Shown piece by piece: positions 41,503 to 52,046 of a DNA stretch of 64,000 bases. Where the stretch lies: assembly GCA_951406725.2 (NCBI GenBank), contig OX597831.1, forward strand, positions 7,192,001 through 7,256,000, read 5' to 3'. Both the position numbers and the translations under genes were made by a program. The stretch comes from Octopus vulgaris (lineage: Eukaryota). Each line of letters begins with the position of its first letter. The first letter of the stretch is position 1. A model generated the notes under the pieces. It saw only the letters and a list, made by a program, of their open reading frames with translations. It searched no databases and was not told where the DNA came from.

Positions 41503-41708
41503 CGGGCGAAATGCTTCGTGGTATTTCGTCTGTCGTTACGTTCTGAGTTCAAATTCCGCCGAGGTCGACTTTGCCTTTCATCCTTTCGGGGTCGATAAAT
41601 TAAGTACCAGTTACGCACTGGGGATCGATGTAATCGACTTAATACCTTTGTCTGCTGTCCTTGTTTGTCCCCCTCTATGTTTAGCCCCTTGTGGGTAGTA
41701 AAGAAATA
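41503..41708 (+). mobile_element. SINE family B copy with CpGs intact
   Basis: CGTTACGTTCTGAGTTCAAATTCCGCCGAGGTCGACTTTGCCTTTCATCCTTTCGGGGTCGATAAATTAAGTACCAG. Confidence 0.85.
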
Positions 41709-41927
41709 CATATATATTTATGTATATATGACACATATATATGCGTGTGTGTGTGTATTGTATGAGAAACAAAAGGGTCAGGCGCTGCCACCATCGGAGA
41801 GTAAAAGACATCCGATGAAAAAGAAGAAGGTAGCGGTGGTTCCATTTGGGAGGAAAGAACGACAGGAACCGCACAAGAACACCGACGGACAAAGACAAAT
41901 ACATACATATGTGTGTGTATATATATA

Positions 41928-41977
<50 letters not shown>

Positions 41978-42286
41978 CCGGAGTAAGCACGTAAATGTGA
42001 AACAAGGTGGAAGAAATAATAATAGGGTCAGGGTGTATATATCAGTAAGGATGGATGATAAAAGGAAACGATCCTCAATCCACTTTTGAGTTGATGGGGA
42101 GTCACCCGATGTGCTAGAAATAGCAGCTAATTCTCCCAATTCTCCATCATCACATCTAAAAACCAAAGGTTTTTTTTTTTTTTTTAAATAAACGGGAAAA
42201 AAGACATACTGGACAATGTAATCATGCATATAGTATGCCAAATACAAAAAAAAAAACGAGATGGTCATGGCTGGAACACTTTTGAT

Positions 42287-42358
<72 letters not shown>

Positions 42359-42642
42359 GGTCCCGGGTTGAGTCGGGGTTAACCACAGTAAATAAGGTAC
42401 TCAATACATGGCAGCTAGGGACCTACATACCCTAGCACACCCTAGTGCCCTTATAACCATCACCAAGAAAAAAGCTCCTTCTATAAAATAAATATATATA
42501 TATATATATATATATTATATTATATTATATGTATATGTATAGTGAGTGTGTGCGATGAAATGCGGCAATCGAAGGTAAGTTTTGGAAACGAGAATCCAGA
42601 ATAAACATAAATATAGCAGCAACACGTTTCTTTGCCACTTAC

Positions 42643-42723
42643 CTTCTTCTCCTGTCGCAGTGAAGCTGGGGAAAAAGCTCACCTCCTCACCTCCACATAG
42701 GTGTAAAGCTGTGTGTGTGTGTG

Positions 42724-42760
<37 letters not shown>

Positions 42761-42905
42761 ATATATATATATATGTGGGTATATATGGATATGTATGTAT
42801 AGGTGGGTGTATGTATACGTGTGTGTTGTGTGTCTGTGTTTATTGCATGAATGTTACAATAAATAAAAGCAGACAAGATGATACACAACAGACATCGGTG
42901 AGAAG

Positions 42906-42943
<38 letters not shown>

Positions 42944-43275
42944 AGACACAGTCGTCGTCGCCACCACCACTATAAGTAGTACTCTTACTACTACCACTAC
43001 TACTTCAACTGTTGCCGCACCACCCTTTATCACTACTACTACTACTACTACTGCTGCTGCTGCTAATAATACTACTACTGCTGCTAATAATACTTCTACT
43101 GCTGCTGTATTGTTTTCCTCCTCCTCCTCCTCCTCCAAGCAGCACTCCTCTTCAATCAACAGCTGCTCCTGCTGCCCTCACATGGGTCTCAGCTGACCGC
43201 CAAGCACTTGCGACTGTCAAGCGGATGCTCTGCCGACTGTCGTTGATGATGGGTGTTGTTGCTGATAGTGAATGA
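42643..43275 (-). promoter_or_regulatory. Candidate first (non-coding) exon / TSS region of the minus-strand gene
   Basis: Perfect donor AAG|GTAAGT (GT at 42642-42641), alternative GAG|GTGAG donors at 42682 and 42690, GC/CpG-rich unique sequence at 43140-43300, Inr-like TCATTC at 43275-43270; 5' end is a guess. Confidence 0.45.
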
Positions 43276-45114
43276 TTTCTAGAACATCACATCACACGAC
43301 ACGACACAATACAAGGCAATGGAATTGGTGATGAAGGGGAAAAAGTTAGAGATCAATAAATCGATTCTGAACTTAGTGCTGAAATGCGATTTTATGTGAT
43401 GAAATGCCGAAAGGATTTCTAAGGGAACAACAAAAATCGACCCCGGTTGGGATTTGAACTCACTGTATAAAGGGTCACAATTAAATACTGCAAGGCGGTT
43501 TTGTTTTCAAACGCGCAACTGAATTTATTAATTGATTCTACTCAATGTCAACCATAAGGGCCATCTGTTTTCCCATTGCACTTACTTAAACCATAACGAA
43601 ACCCATACAATCCCCGATCTTCTGACAGATACAGGTTGTTTGCATAATAAAAGTTTATGGTCAAAAATGTATTTCTTGACCATTTGGTCGCGAACCATAC
43701 CATAATTACCGTCTGGTGCTACCCGTGCCCTAGCTGACTTTTTTCAAAGCTTTCTAAAAAGTGCACGTTTTTAAAATCAAATCTTGAAAATAGGTTCTTT
43801 GGGAACGTAGATTATGATTATGCTGATAAAAGAAAACGAAAGGAATTTTTTAGACGGATTTCGGATCAGTTACCCACCGATTTTATAACCTAGTAACTTT
43901 TTAAAATGCATGTCTTTAAATGTCGTTTTGCTGAAATATATTTTCGAAAGTGTAAATTACGTTTAATGTTTATCAGTCAGGTATTTATCTGAGGCTCAAG
44001 TTGCGGAAATTGGTAATAAAATTAGGTTAAAGGTGAAACGAAACTCCTTTTTAAAAATGCCTTTTTCCGCCCAAAGTTTATATCAATATATTCGTAATTT
44101 ACACCCTCGAAAAGGTGTCACTGCAAAATTTCATTTAAAAATATGTATTTCTAGAAAGAGGAAACAAAGTCGAGGCATCAAACTGTAGATATGCCATTAT
44201 AATTGTTTTTCGTTTTTATAATTAACATTTGAATATAACAAAACGTGGTATTAATTTCTAAATAGCAGTCTGAAGGATTTTATGCAATTGTTATTTAGTC
44301 ACGAAAGTCCGTATTTTATATCAAGAACAATTTTTTTCATTCATTCATTCGGATGCATAAGTGATACCTTATGCTTTTCTTTTTTAGGTTCTGAAAGCTA
44401 AAAATCGATGATTCTCGAACAATTGTTGATTTAATTAATAAAATACATTTGAAAATCTTTCCCCTTATTCGTCCCTTTTAGTTTTCTAGGTAAAAATGAA
44501 ATGTTTATGCCCTGTATTTAGGCAGGGCTGTTTTACGGGAGACATCATATCACTCTCGCCCCTGATTCCTGCTCTCAAGGTTGTGGCGTTATATCAGGCG
44601 TGCGGAAATAAATATAAATTATTCTTGCTGTATTTCTATCTTCTTCCTATTTGAGCCATGGCGACGAACTAACCTGTCATCGGCTAATTAGCTCATTAGA
44701 ACTTAAAAGAAAAAGAAGCAGACATTTACTGGGTTTGTGAAATCCAGTTCGGGTGTCGGTAACCATAAAGATACACATTCGATATTATATGTTTGAATTT
44801 TAAGAAAACATTCTCTACGGTGTAATATTTTCAGTTGGGTTATGCTGTGATCTGATGAATAAAGAATAACTACATTACAATAAAGTTATAAATGCATTCC
44901 TTATTGCGATATTTCTTAATTGTGTAAATTGGGCAAATCATACGTTGATATATAAGTAATAATGTCGGTCTTTCTCAACAGAAAGAACATCCATCCAAGC
45001 ATACGTATTCTAAATACTTGATGCTTCTTTCCGAAAGGTAAATGTTAGAGATGTTTAAAGTGTGCGTAGATATGGTCCAGGAACACGTACTTGTGTGTAT
45101 GTGTGTGTGTGTGT

Positions 45115-45430
45115 GCAATGTCATTCCCTGTTTAACTGGTTTTGCGTCAGAGTGACATGTCCCAGAGACATGTTTTAGCAAAAGCTGAGAGGTGCCTCCT
45201 CCCAGGGGTCTTCGAGCACGCCAGATACCAAACCCGATATTTCTTAGCGCCTGTGCTATTGCTAGCTGATCGTTAGCATTAGATACCGCTCCTCGGTTTG
45301 TCTCTGGGTCATGTCGATTGGATAGAGAAGGTTTTCGAGGTGTTGGGCAAGCCTTATTGGAAGGCGATATTTTGCACAGGCATTGCTTTGAGTGATCGTC
45401 ATACTCGTCTACCAGTTGACAGCCATCATC
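45115..45430 (+). mobile_element. Degraded RTE-like LINE 3' fragment
   Basis: Remnants resembling ETW..K.E..L..FE and LGHV, ending in CATCATC; frame broken. Confidence 0.35.
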
Positions 45431-46045
45431 TATTTATGTGCTGTGGATGTGCGTAAAATTGGTATTTATTTATTTAAATATACATGATATAGTCTTCATG
45501 CACAATATTCCCAAAACTGATTTTTCGAAAAGTCAAGAAGAATTGTTGGTTTTACACTTGATTAAGGGTCATATTTCTTGTAGGTGTTTATATATAATTT
45601 TCCATTCCATAAAGATAACGCATTTCAGATGATCACACCCGCACTTTCTCTGGGGGTTTTTTTGTTTTTTTTTTTTTTTGCTTTTTTACAAATTTAGACA
45701 TTTTAATTATTTTTAGAGAAAGCCTTTTAGCTTTTTTGTACAGCTGGTTGATTTTCCCATTGCTAATCATTCAATCATGAAGATGAGACAGCTTCTATTT
45801 TTAGCCCAGGTGATGTGCCCCTGGGCATATCACACTCTACACATATACTACTGTAATAATATATTTTTCGTTATATACACAGTATATACACTTGAATTAA
45901 TAACCTTGTGATTCAATTCTATAACCAGAGACAAGCAACTTATGGATCATCTAGGAATGAGACAACTCTGCCTCATATTTCATTTCTAACTATCAGCCTG
46001 CCTCCACGCTTTCTCTCTCTCTCTGTATATATATATGTGTGTGTG

Positions 46046-46116
<71 letters not shown>

Positions 46117-46120
<4 letters not shown>

Positions 46121-46460
46121 GTAAAGACCCCCTTCGGTCATGAGTGACCATGGGTTTGCACCTAGAGAGTTACCCTCTGAGGCACAAGTCTGGGCAAGGT
46201 TGTTTTTTTTATGGAAGACCAGTAGTCGCCCATGCATACCGGCCTCCCCTCTCCACGCCACCAGTGTTATCCAAGGGAAAGACAAAGGTCGATACAGCTT
46301 GGCACCTGTGACGTCGCAACTCATTTCTACAGCTGAGTGAACTGGAGCAACGTGAAATAAAGTGTCTTGCTCAAGAACACAGCACGCAGCCCGGTCCAGG
46401 ATTCGAGCTCACAACCTCACGATCGTAAGCTCGACGCTCTAACCACTGAGCCATGCGCCT
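46117..46460 (-). mobile_element. tRNA-headed CORE-like SINE, young copy in (TA)n
   Basis: Minus strand AGGCGCATGGCTCAGTGGTTAGAGCG (A box)...GAGCTCGAATCC (B box)...GTTCTTGAGCAAGACACTTTA. Confidence 0.8.
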
Positions 46461-46494
46461 ATACATATATATATAGATATTATATTATATTGCC

Positions 46495-46926
46495 TTGACT
46501 GGCTTCTGTACCAGTGGCACGTGATCTGCTTTGCTTGAAGAGACCTACTGAGTCAAGTACATCAACATCAAAATAAATATCAAATGGAAATTGTAGTCGT
46601 GATACCAGTGCCGGTGGCACATAAAAGAACCATCCGAACGTGGCCGATGCCAGCGCCGCCTCGACTGGCTTCTGTGCCAGTGGCACGTAAAAAGCACCAA
46701 CTGATCGTGGCCGCTGCCAGCCTCCCCTGGCACCTGTGCTGGTGGCACGTAAAAAGCACCCACTACACTCACGGAGTGGTTGGCATTAGGAAGGGCATCC
46801 AGCTGTAGAAGCACTGCCAGATCAGACTGGAGCCTGGTGCAGCCTCCTGGCTTCCCAGACCCTGGTTGAACCGTCCAACCCGTGCTAGCACAGAAAACGG
46901 ACGTTAAACAATGATGATGATGATGA
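46495..46926 (+). mobile_element. Family A retroposon with extra 5' sequence
   Basis: Three to four CCAGTGGCAC/CCGGTGGCAC units, core and (GAT)n tail. Confidence 0.85.
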
Positions 46927-47108
46927 TATATATATATATATGTATGTATATACACATCATTTGAAGTGCACAGTGTTATATATCCATTACCAATCAATTT
47001 CACACTAGGAGTTCAACAGAGTGTTAGGTCACTGCCTGATTATGTAACCCTGCACTTATCAGAGATATCTGTTGTGGAATAAAATATGGCAACTGCTCTC
47101 TCTCTATA

Positions 47109-47494
47109 TCTTTATATATAAAAGTGAGGTTGTGTGCTGTCTGTCTCCTACGATTTAGATTCCTAACTACTCCCACATTTTGTGGTGCAGTTTATCTTAT
47201 AGTCGTGATTCATATCGAGCCCTTCTGGGTATTAGCGCGCGTCTACGATGAGTCTACGATTTTAAAAATAATTTACCATCAATTTTCCCCATTTTTAATG
47301 CATTTTTGGCATATATAAGGGAAGTAACTCTCTAAAAATTTACTATTAAATCTCAGAACGTAAAAAGCTACAGTAACACCCCCCCCCCCTTTGTAGTTAG
47401 CCATATTGAGATGGCTATTATACTTTACATCTCTAAAAATGCTTATATAGTTATTTCCCTTACAAACCCGAGCAACACCGGGCGATACTGCTAG
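47109..47494 (+). mobile_element. Non-autonomous Helitron (386 bp)
   Basis: A|TC 5' end (TCTTTATATATAAAAG), subterminal hairpin CCCG-agcaacac-CGGG (47467-47482), 3' CTAG|T, no TSD. Confidence 0.75.
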
Positions 47495-47506
47495 TATATA
47501 TATATA

Positions 47507-47720
47507 TGGATTTAGCAGTCAATATATATATATATATTGACTGCTAAATCCACAAGTTTTTTTTTTATTCTCTCTGATTATTTCCTCGTGTTCTTTTCTG
47601 TTGAAGAGCGTAGGCTCGAAATGTAAAAGACTTTCTCACCTTCCCAAGCGCCAAACTAATACACCTGCTTGTTGTTTATACACCTGTCTTCATCTTTTGT
47701 TTTTCTGTAAATTTCAACTA
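47507..47720 (+). mobile_element. Penelope-like pLTR fragment with short inverted end and hammerhead-like motif
   Basis: Perfect 46-bp palindrome 47507-47552, then CTGTTGA-A-GAGC-GTAG-GCTC-GAAA motif; bounded by (TA)n. Confidence 0.5.
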
Positions 47721-48247
47721 TATATATAATTCTTTAATTGTTTCCGTCACTGGACTGTGGCCATGCTAGAAAGAGCCATTGACCCCAAAATAGAGTGTCA
47801 CAGTGCCACATTAAGTAGAGAGCATGCATTTTGCACTCTTACCAAATTTCTTGAGTTTTTGCATCTCAACAGAGATGTCTTTGAACTGTTTAAAATGCTT
47901 TCCTGGAAGCAGTATACACTGTGAACAGTTTTTTTTTTCTTTTCTGAAGCAGTAAATGATCAAAGACGCATCAGCAAAATTCCATGCTAGACAAAAGACT
48001 GGACTGTTTAGGCAGAATAGTCAACATACTGATAACCTGAATCTGTCAAAAATGTCATTCTTTATTTTGCAGTAAAACATCAAACCAAGATAATTACCAT
48101 TCTGTATTACCAATGTTTCTGTTATTCACAACAGCCATTGCCACCTTTCATATCTCATTCTTTATATTCAGTGTAACTTTGTATTACATTGAGAAGTAAT
48201 TTTAAACATCCCTTATTATTATTTATTACAATTTGATATAACTAGAT

Positions 48248-48470
48248 TATCCGAACGTGGCCGTTGCCAGCCTCCCCTGGCACCTGTGCCGGTAGAACAT
48301 AAAAAGCACCCACAACACTCACAGAGTGGTTGGCGTTAAGAAGGGCATCCAGCTGTAGAAACACTGCCAGATCAGATTGGAGCCTGGTGCAGCCTTCTGG
48401 CTTCCTGACCCTGGTCGAACCATCCAACCCGTGCTAGCACGGAAAGTGGACATTAGATGATGATGATGAT
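48248..48470 (+). mobile_element. Family A retroposon
   Basis: Core and (GAT)n tail. Confidence 0.8.
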
Positions 48471-48614
48471 AATTAGATTTATAAAAACTTGTGATATTAT
48501 TTAAAAACTTTACCCAGCCTCATAATTTTCAGGCCAAACCTAGATCAGGCTGCTATAAAATGCTGGTACCACAGCTATCTACGAGAACCCTTTGTGTGGA
48601 TTATTATTCTTTTT

Positions 48615-49095
48615 TTCTCTAGGCACAAGGCTCGAAATTTGGAGGGAGAGGGCTTGTCAATTAGATCGAACCCCAGTACACAACTGATACTTAATTTATC
48701 GACTCCAAAAGGATGAAAGGCAAAGTCAACCTTGGCTGAATTTGAACTCAGAACATAAAGATGGACAAAATGCCTATTTCTTTACTACCCACAAGGGGCC
48801 AAACACAGAGGGGACAAACAAGGACAGACAAACGGATTAAGTCGATTACATCGACCCTAGTGTGTAACTGGTCCTTATTTAATCGACCCCGAAAGGATGA
48901 AAGGCAAAGTGGACCTTGGCGGAATTTGAACTCAGAACGTAGCAGAAGACGAAATACCGCTAAGCATTTCGCCCAGCGTGCTAATGTTTCTGCTAGCTCA
49001 CTGCCTTTTTTTAACAGATTAAGTCGATTATATCGACCCCAGTGCATAACTGGTACTTCGCCCGGCATGCTAACGATTCTGCCAGCTCGCCACCT
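48615..49095 (-). mobile_element. Composite/nested SINE family B copies
   Basis: Two AAGGATGAAAGGCAAAGT...GAATTTGAACTCAGAAC cores and two head remnants (GCTAGCTCACTGCC, GCCAGCTCGCCACC). Confidence 0.75.
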
Positions 49096-49797
49096 TCATG
49101 GGGATTATTATTGTCATTATAACGAATCTGCAGAAAATGTAGGGAAGGAATTCCTGGTATGAACCCACGCCTATAATGGAGAGGCTTGATAGCAGCAGCA
49201 CCAACAATGCAAAGATATTGATCCTCCATATTTCAACAACAGAAATATGCTGGATCAAAGGAAATCCCTTTTAAGCTACAACTAAGGCAGTCCTGTTTTA
49301 GGATTTCAGAGAGGCACAACATTGCATCACTGGTCATAAGATGTTTTAAAGAAAAGTGAATGCCATACAGGATAAAATGGAAGCTCCTGGAACAGAAGCA
49401 GATGATGCAAATTTTGCTTGGTCAAGAGGGCAAGAACCTCAAAAACTTCGCTTGGTCCACAGGCCTTCTTAAATTCAAAGAATGAAGTGCTTTGTCATAA
49501 GAGAAAAATTTGTATTGAAAACTCAAGCTTCCCCGATTGCTGACTTGTGAACATAAAAGATGTACATAAACTGACCCTTTTTTTTTTGGACACAGCTAGA
49601 ACGAGTCAAAGGGAGATAACTCAGTCTCATTCAAAAGGGGTTTTCTCTTCAAAGAACTTAGTATTGTTTTTTTACCAAGCTGACCAAGTCTGTAGTCCAT
49701 TAGAAAAGAGTTTATGTGCCTCCATCCACTAACTCTGATGAGTGACCTATACTGCTAAGAGTAATAACTGATGTGAAACCAATAATATATATACATG

Positions 49798-49846
<49 letters not shown>

Positions 49847-50185
49847 CAAAATAAGAAAATGGAGAAATACATCCAAATCAAATATCAACTACCAGATAAT
49901 ACCCAATCACATACTTTATTAAACCACTACATAAGAACATTAAGGTTAAACATAAAAATATATATCAAAATAGCGAACATGAATGAGTAATACAATACAA
50001 AAAGTACAATCATTATAAGAGGATATAAATAAATAAATATAAATAGATATAAATATAAATATACACTATATCTTACAGCTGTTTCGGCCATACAGATAAG
50101 TATGTCTCATTTTACCTATATTAGCCATGTATAGTATGTCAATATATATATATATAGATAGATAGATAGATAGATATTATGTAAA

Positions 50186-50231
<46 letters not shown>

Positions 50232-50244
50232 CATATATATATAT

Positions 50245-50572
50245 AATTGCAGCGTGAAAGGTGTTTATAACCCATTTAAGAAACACACAAAACCGTTAGA
50301 TTCACTTCAACATTTAAATTTAATTTGTCAAAGTATTTTCGTCACTTTGAGACCGCGACCTGTTCACTGACAAAACTTCATGGTCAGTGAACAGGTCGTG
50401 GTCTCAAAGCGCCGAAAGTATTTTGACAAATTAAATTTAAATGTTGAAGTGAATCTAATGGTTTTTGCGTGTTTCTTAAATGGGTTATAAACACCTTCCA
50501 CACTGCAATTGTTTTCGTTCCAGCACACAATCTCAGATCAGGTCACTTGCTATGCAAGTACATCTCCGTAAC
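50245..50572. mobile_element. Foldback (arms 50245-50371 / 50383-50510) with one-sided extension, in (TA)n; probable Penelope-like inverted pLTR
   Basis: ~127-bp arms differing by about 9 substitutions and 1 indel by my alignment, 11-nt spacer; hammerhead-like motif in each arm. Confidence 0.7.
50324..50374 (-). ncRNA. Candidate minimal type I hammerhead ribozyme with G3:C8 core variant
   Basis: TTTGTCA-GTGAACA-G-GTCGC-ggtctcaaa-GTGAC-GAA-AATACT-T-TGACAAA: 7-bp stem I, 5-bp stem II, GAAA, near-palindromic helix III. Confidence 0.5.
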
Positions 50573-50815
50573 ATATATATATATATATATATACATATGT
50601 GTGTGTGTGTACATATTATGTAGTTCCACAAGTATGGCTGTGTTGTCAAAAAGTTTTTCGTACAACAACAAAGGTGAAAAAAAAAAAGAGTTTAATGAAT
50701 GAAGTCCACAGACGCTCATTTGACAGATTCACTTTACTATATACAATGCCAAAGTGATTGACTCAGAAACTTACAGCCAAAAGTGTTATTGTTCAGAAAT
50801 ATGTGTGTGTGTGTT

Positions 50816-50849
<34 letters not shown>

Positions 50850-50856
<7 letters not shown>

Positions 50857-51135
50857 ACCGACCAGACCATCAGATGTTGCTACACATCGCTGGTCACAAT
50901 GCGTTCGCATTGTCTTAGCCTTCGAATGACGCCACCCCACTGGCTAAGCGAGCAGGCGAACAGAAGAAAGAGTGAAAGAAAGAGTACAGCAGGGATTAAC
51001 ACCACCCTCTGCCAGAGACTCGTGGAGCTTTTAGGTGTTTTCGTTCAATAAACACTCACAACGCCCGGACTGGGAATCGAAACCGCGATCCTATGACTTC
51101 TAGTTCGCTGCCCTAACCACTGGGCCATTGCACCT

Positions 51136-51137
<2 letters not shown>
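50850..51137 (-). mobile_element. tRNA-headed SINE family D
   Basis: Minus strand GGAGGTGCAATGGCCCAGTGGTTAGGGCAGCG...GGTTTCGATTCCC (A/B boxes). Confidence 0.8.
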
Positions 51138-51179
<42 letters not shown>

Positions 51180-51192
51180 GCATATATATATT

Positions 51193-51235
<43 letters not shown>

Positions 51236-51599
51236 GTGAGAAAGAGAGAGAGAGAGAGAGAGGTTGGGGAGAAATAGAGGGAAGAGGGTGCAAGAACTAA
51301 TCAGTTAAAAAACTGTATTTCATGCAATAATTTGTTGCTAAAACTAAGATCTTTGTACTTTCACCTCCCAATCAAAAGGAATGATTTTATTATAAAAATA
51401 TTATTTATGTTGGTTCTATTTATATCCTCTGTTTTCCTAATGAAATCTGGTTGACAGAATTTATACGCTTTTGAGAATACCATACAAAGCTCGCAAATGA
51501 CCCGAGCCAGATGTGAAATGTTGGCCCCAGTTTAAATTGCTCATTAAATATTTTAATAATTAATACTAAATACATTTGATTTATGTATGAAATTTGTAT

Positions 51600-51760
51600 A
51601 AGGCATGGCTGTGTGGTTAAGAAGTTTGCATTGCAACCACATTGGTTTCAGGTTCTGTCCCATTGCACAGCACCTTGGGCAAGTGACTTCTACTTTAGTT
51701 TTGGGCTGACCAATGTCTTGTGAGTGAATTTGGTAAATGAAAATTGTGTGGAAATCTGTG
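51600..51760 (+). mobile_element. SINE family C, 5' part
   Basis: GGCATGGCTGTGTGGTTAAGAAG...CACCTTGGGCAAGTG. Confidence 0.7.
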
Positions 51761-52046
51761 GTGTATGTAAAAGATAAAAGATATATATTACATTTGGTGT
51801 ACATGTTGTTCTTACGAGTAACAGAACAGCATAATAGGAACAAGAACAATCAACAAAAGACAGGTAATTCTTTACCAAAATGTCTCAAGTTATCTTGACC
51901 GTCTGATATCTTATCAACCCATATCAAACCCCTAGTATTAGTGGTGTAACTAAAGGGGAGGCTGGTCCATTAATCTATACTTGCTCCCTGGTTATACTAA
52001 CAGCTTTGACCAGTGGTGGTCTTGAGACAACAACAGCAGCAGCAGT

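Noticed and set aside
42854-43275. ORFs with poly-E/V/L/P near the candidate first exon
   Set aside because: Built from triplet and dinucleotide repeats with non-ATG starts; more consistent with low-complexity UTR.
49734-49795. CTGATGAG...GTGAAAC hammerhead-like core
   Set aside because: No stem II closing pair and no helix III/stem I complementarity.
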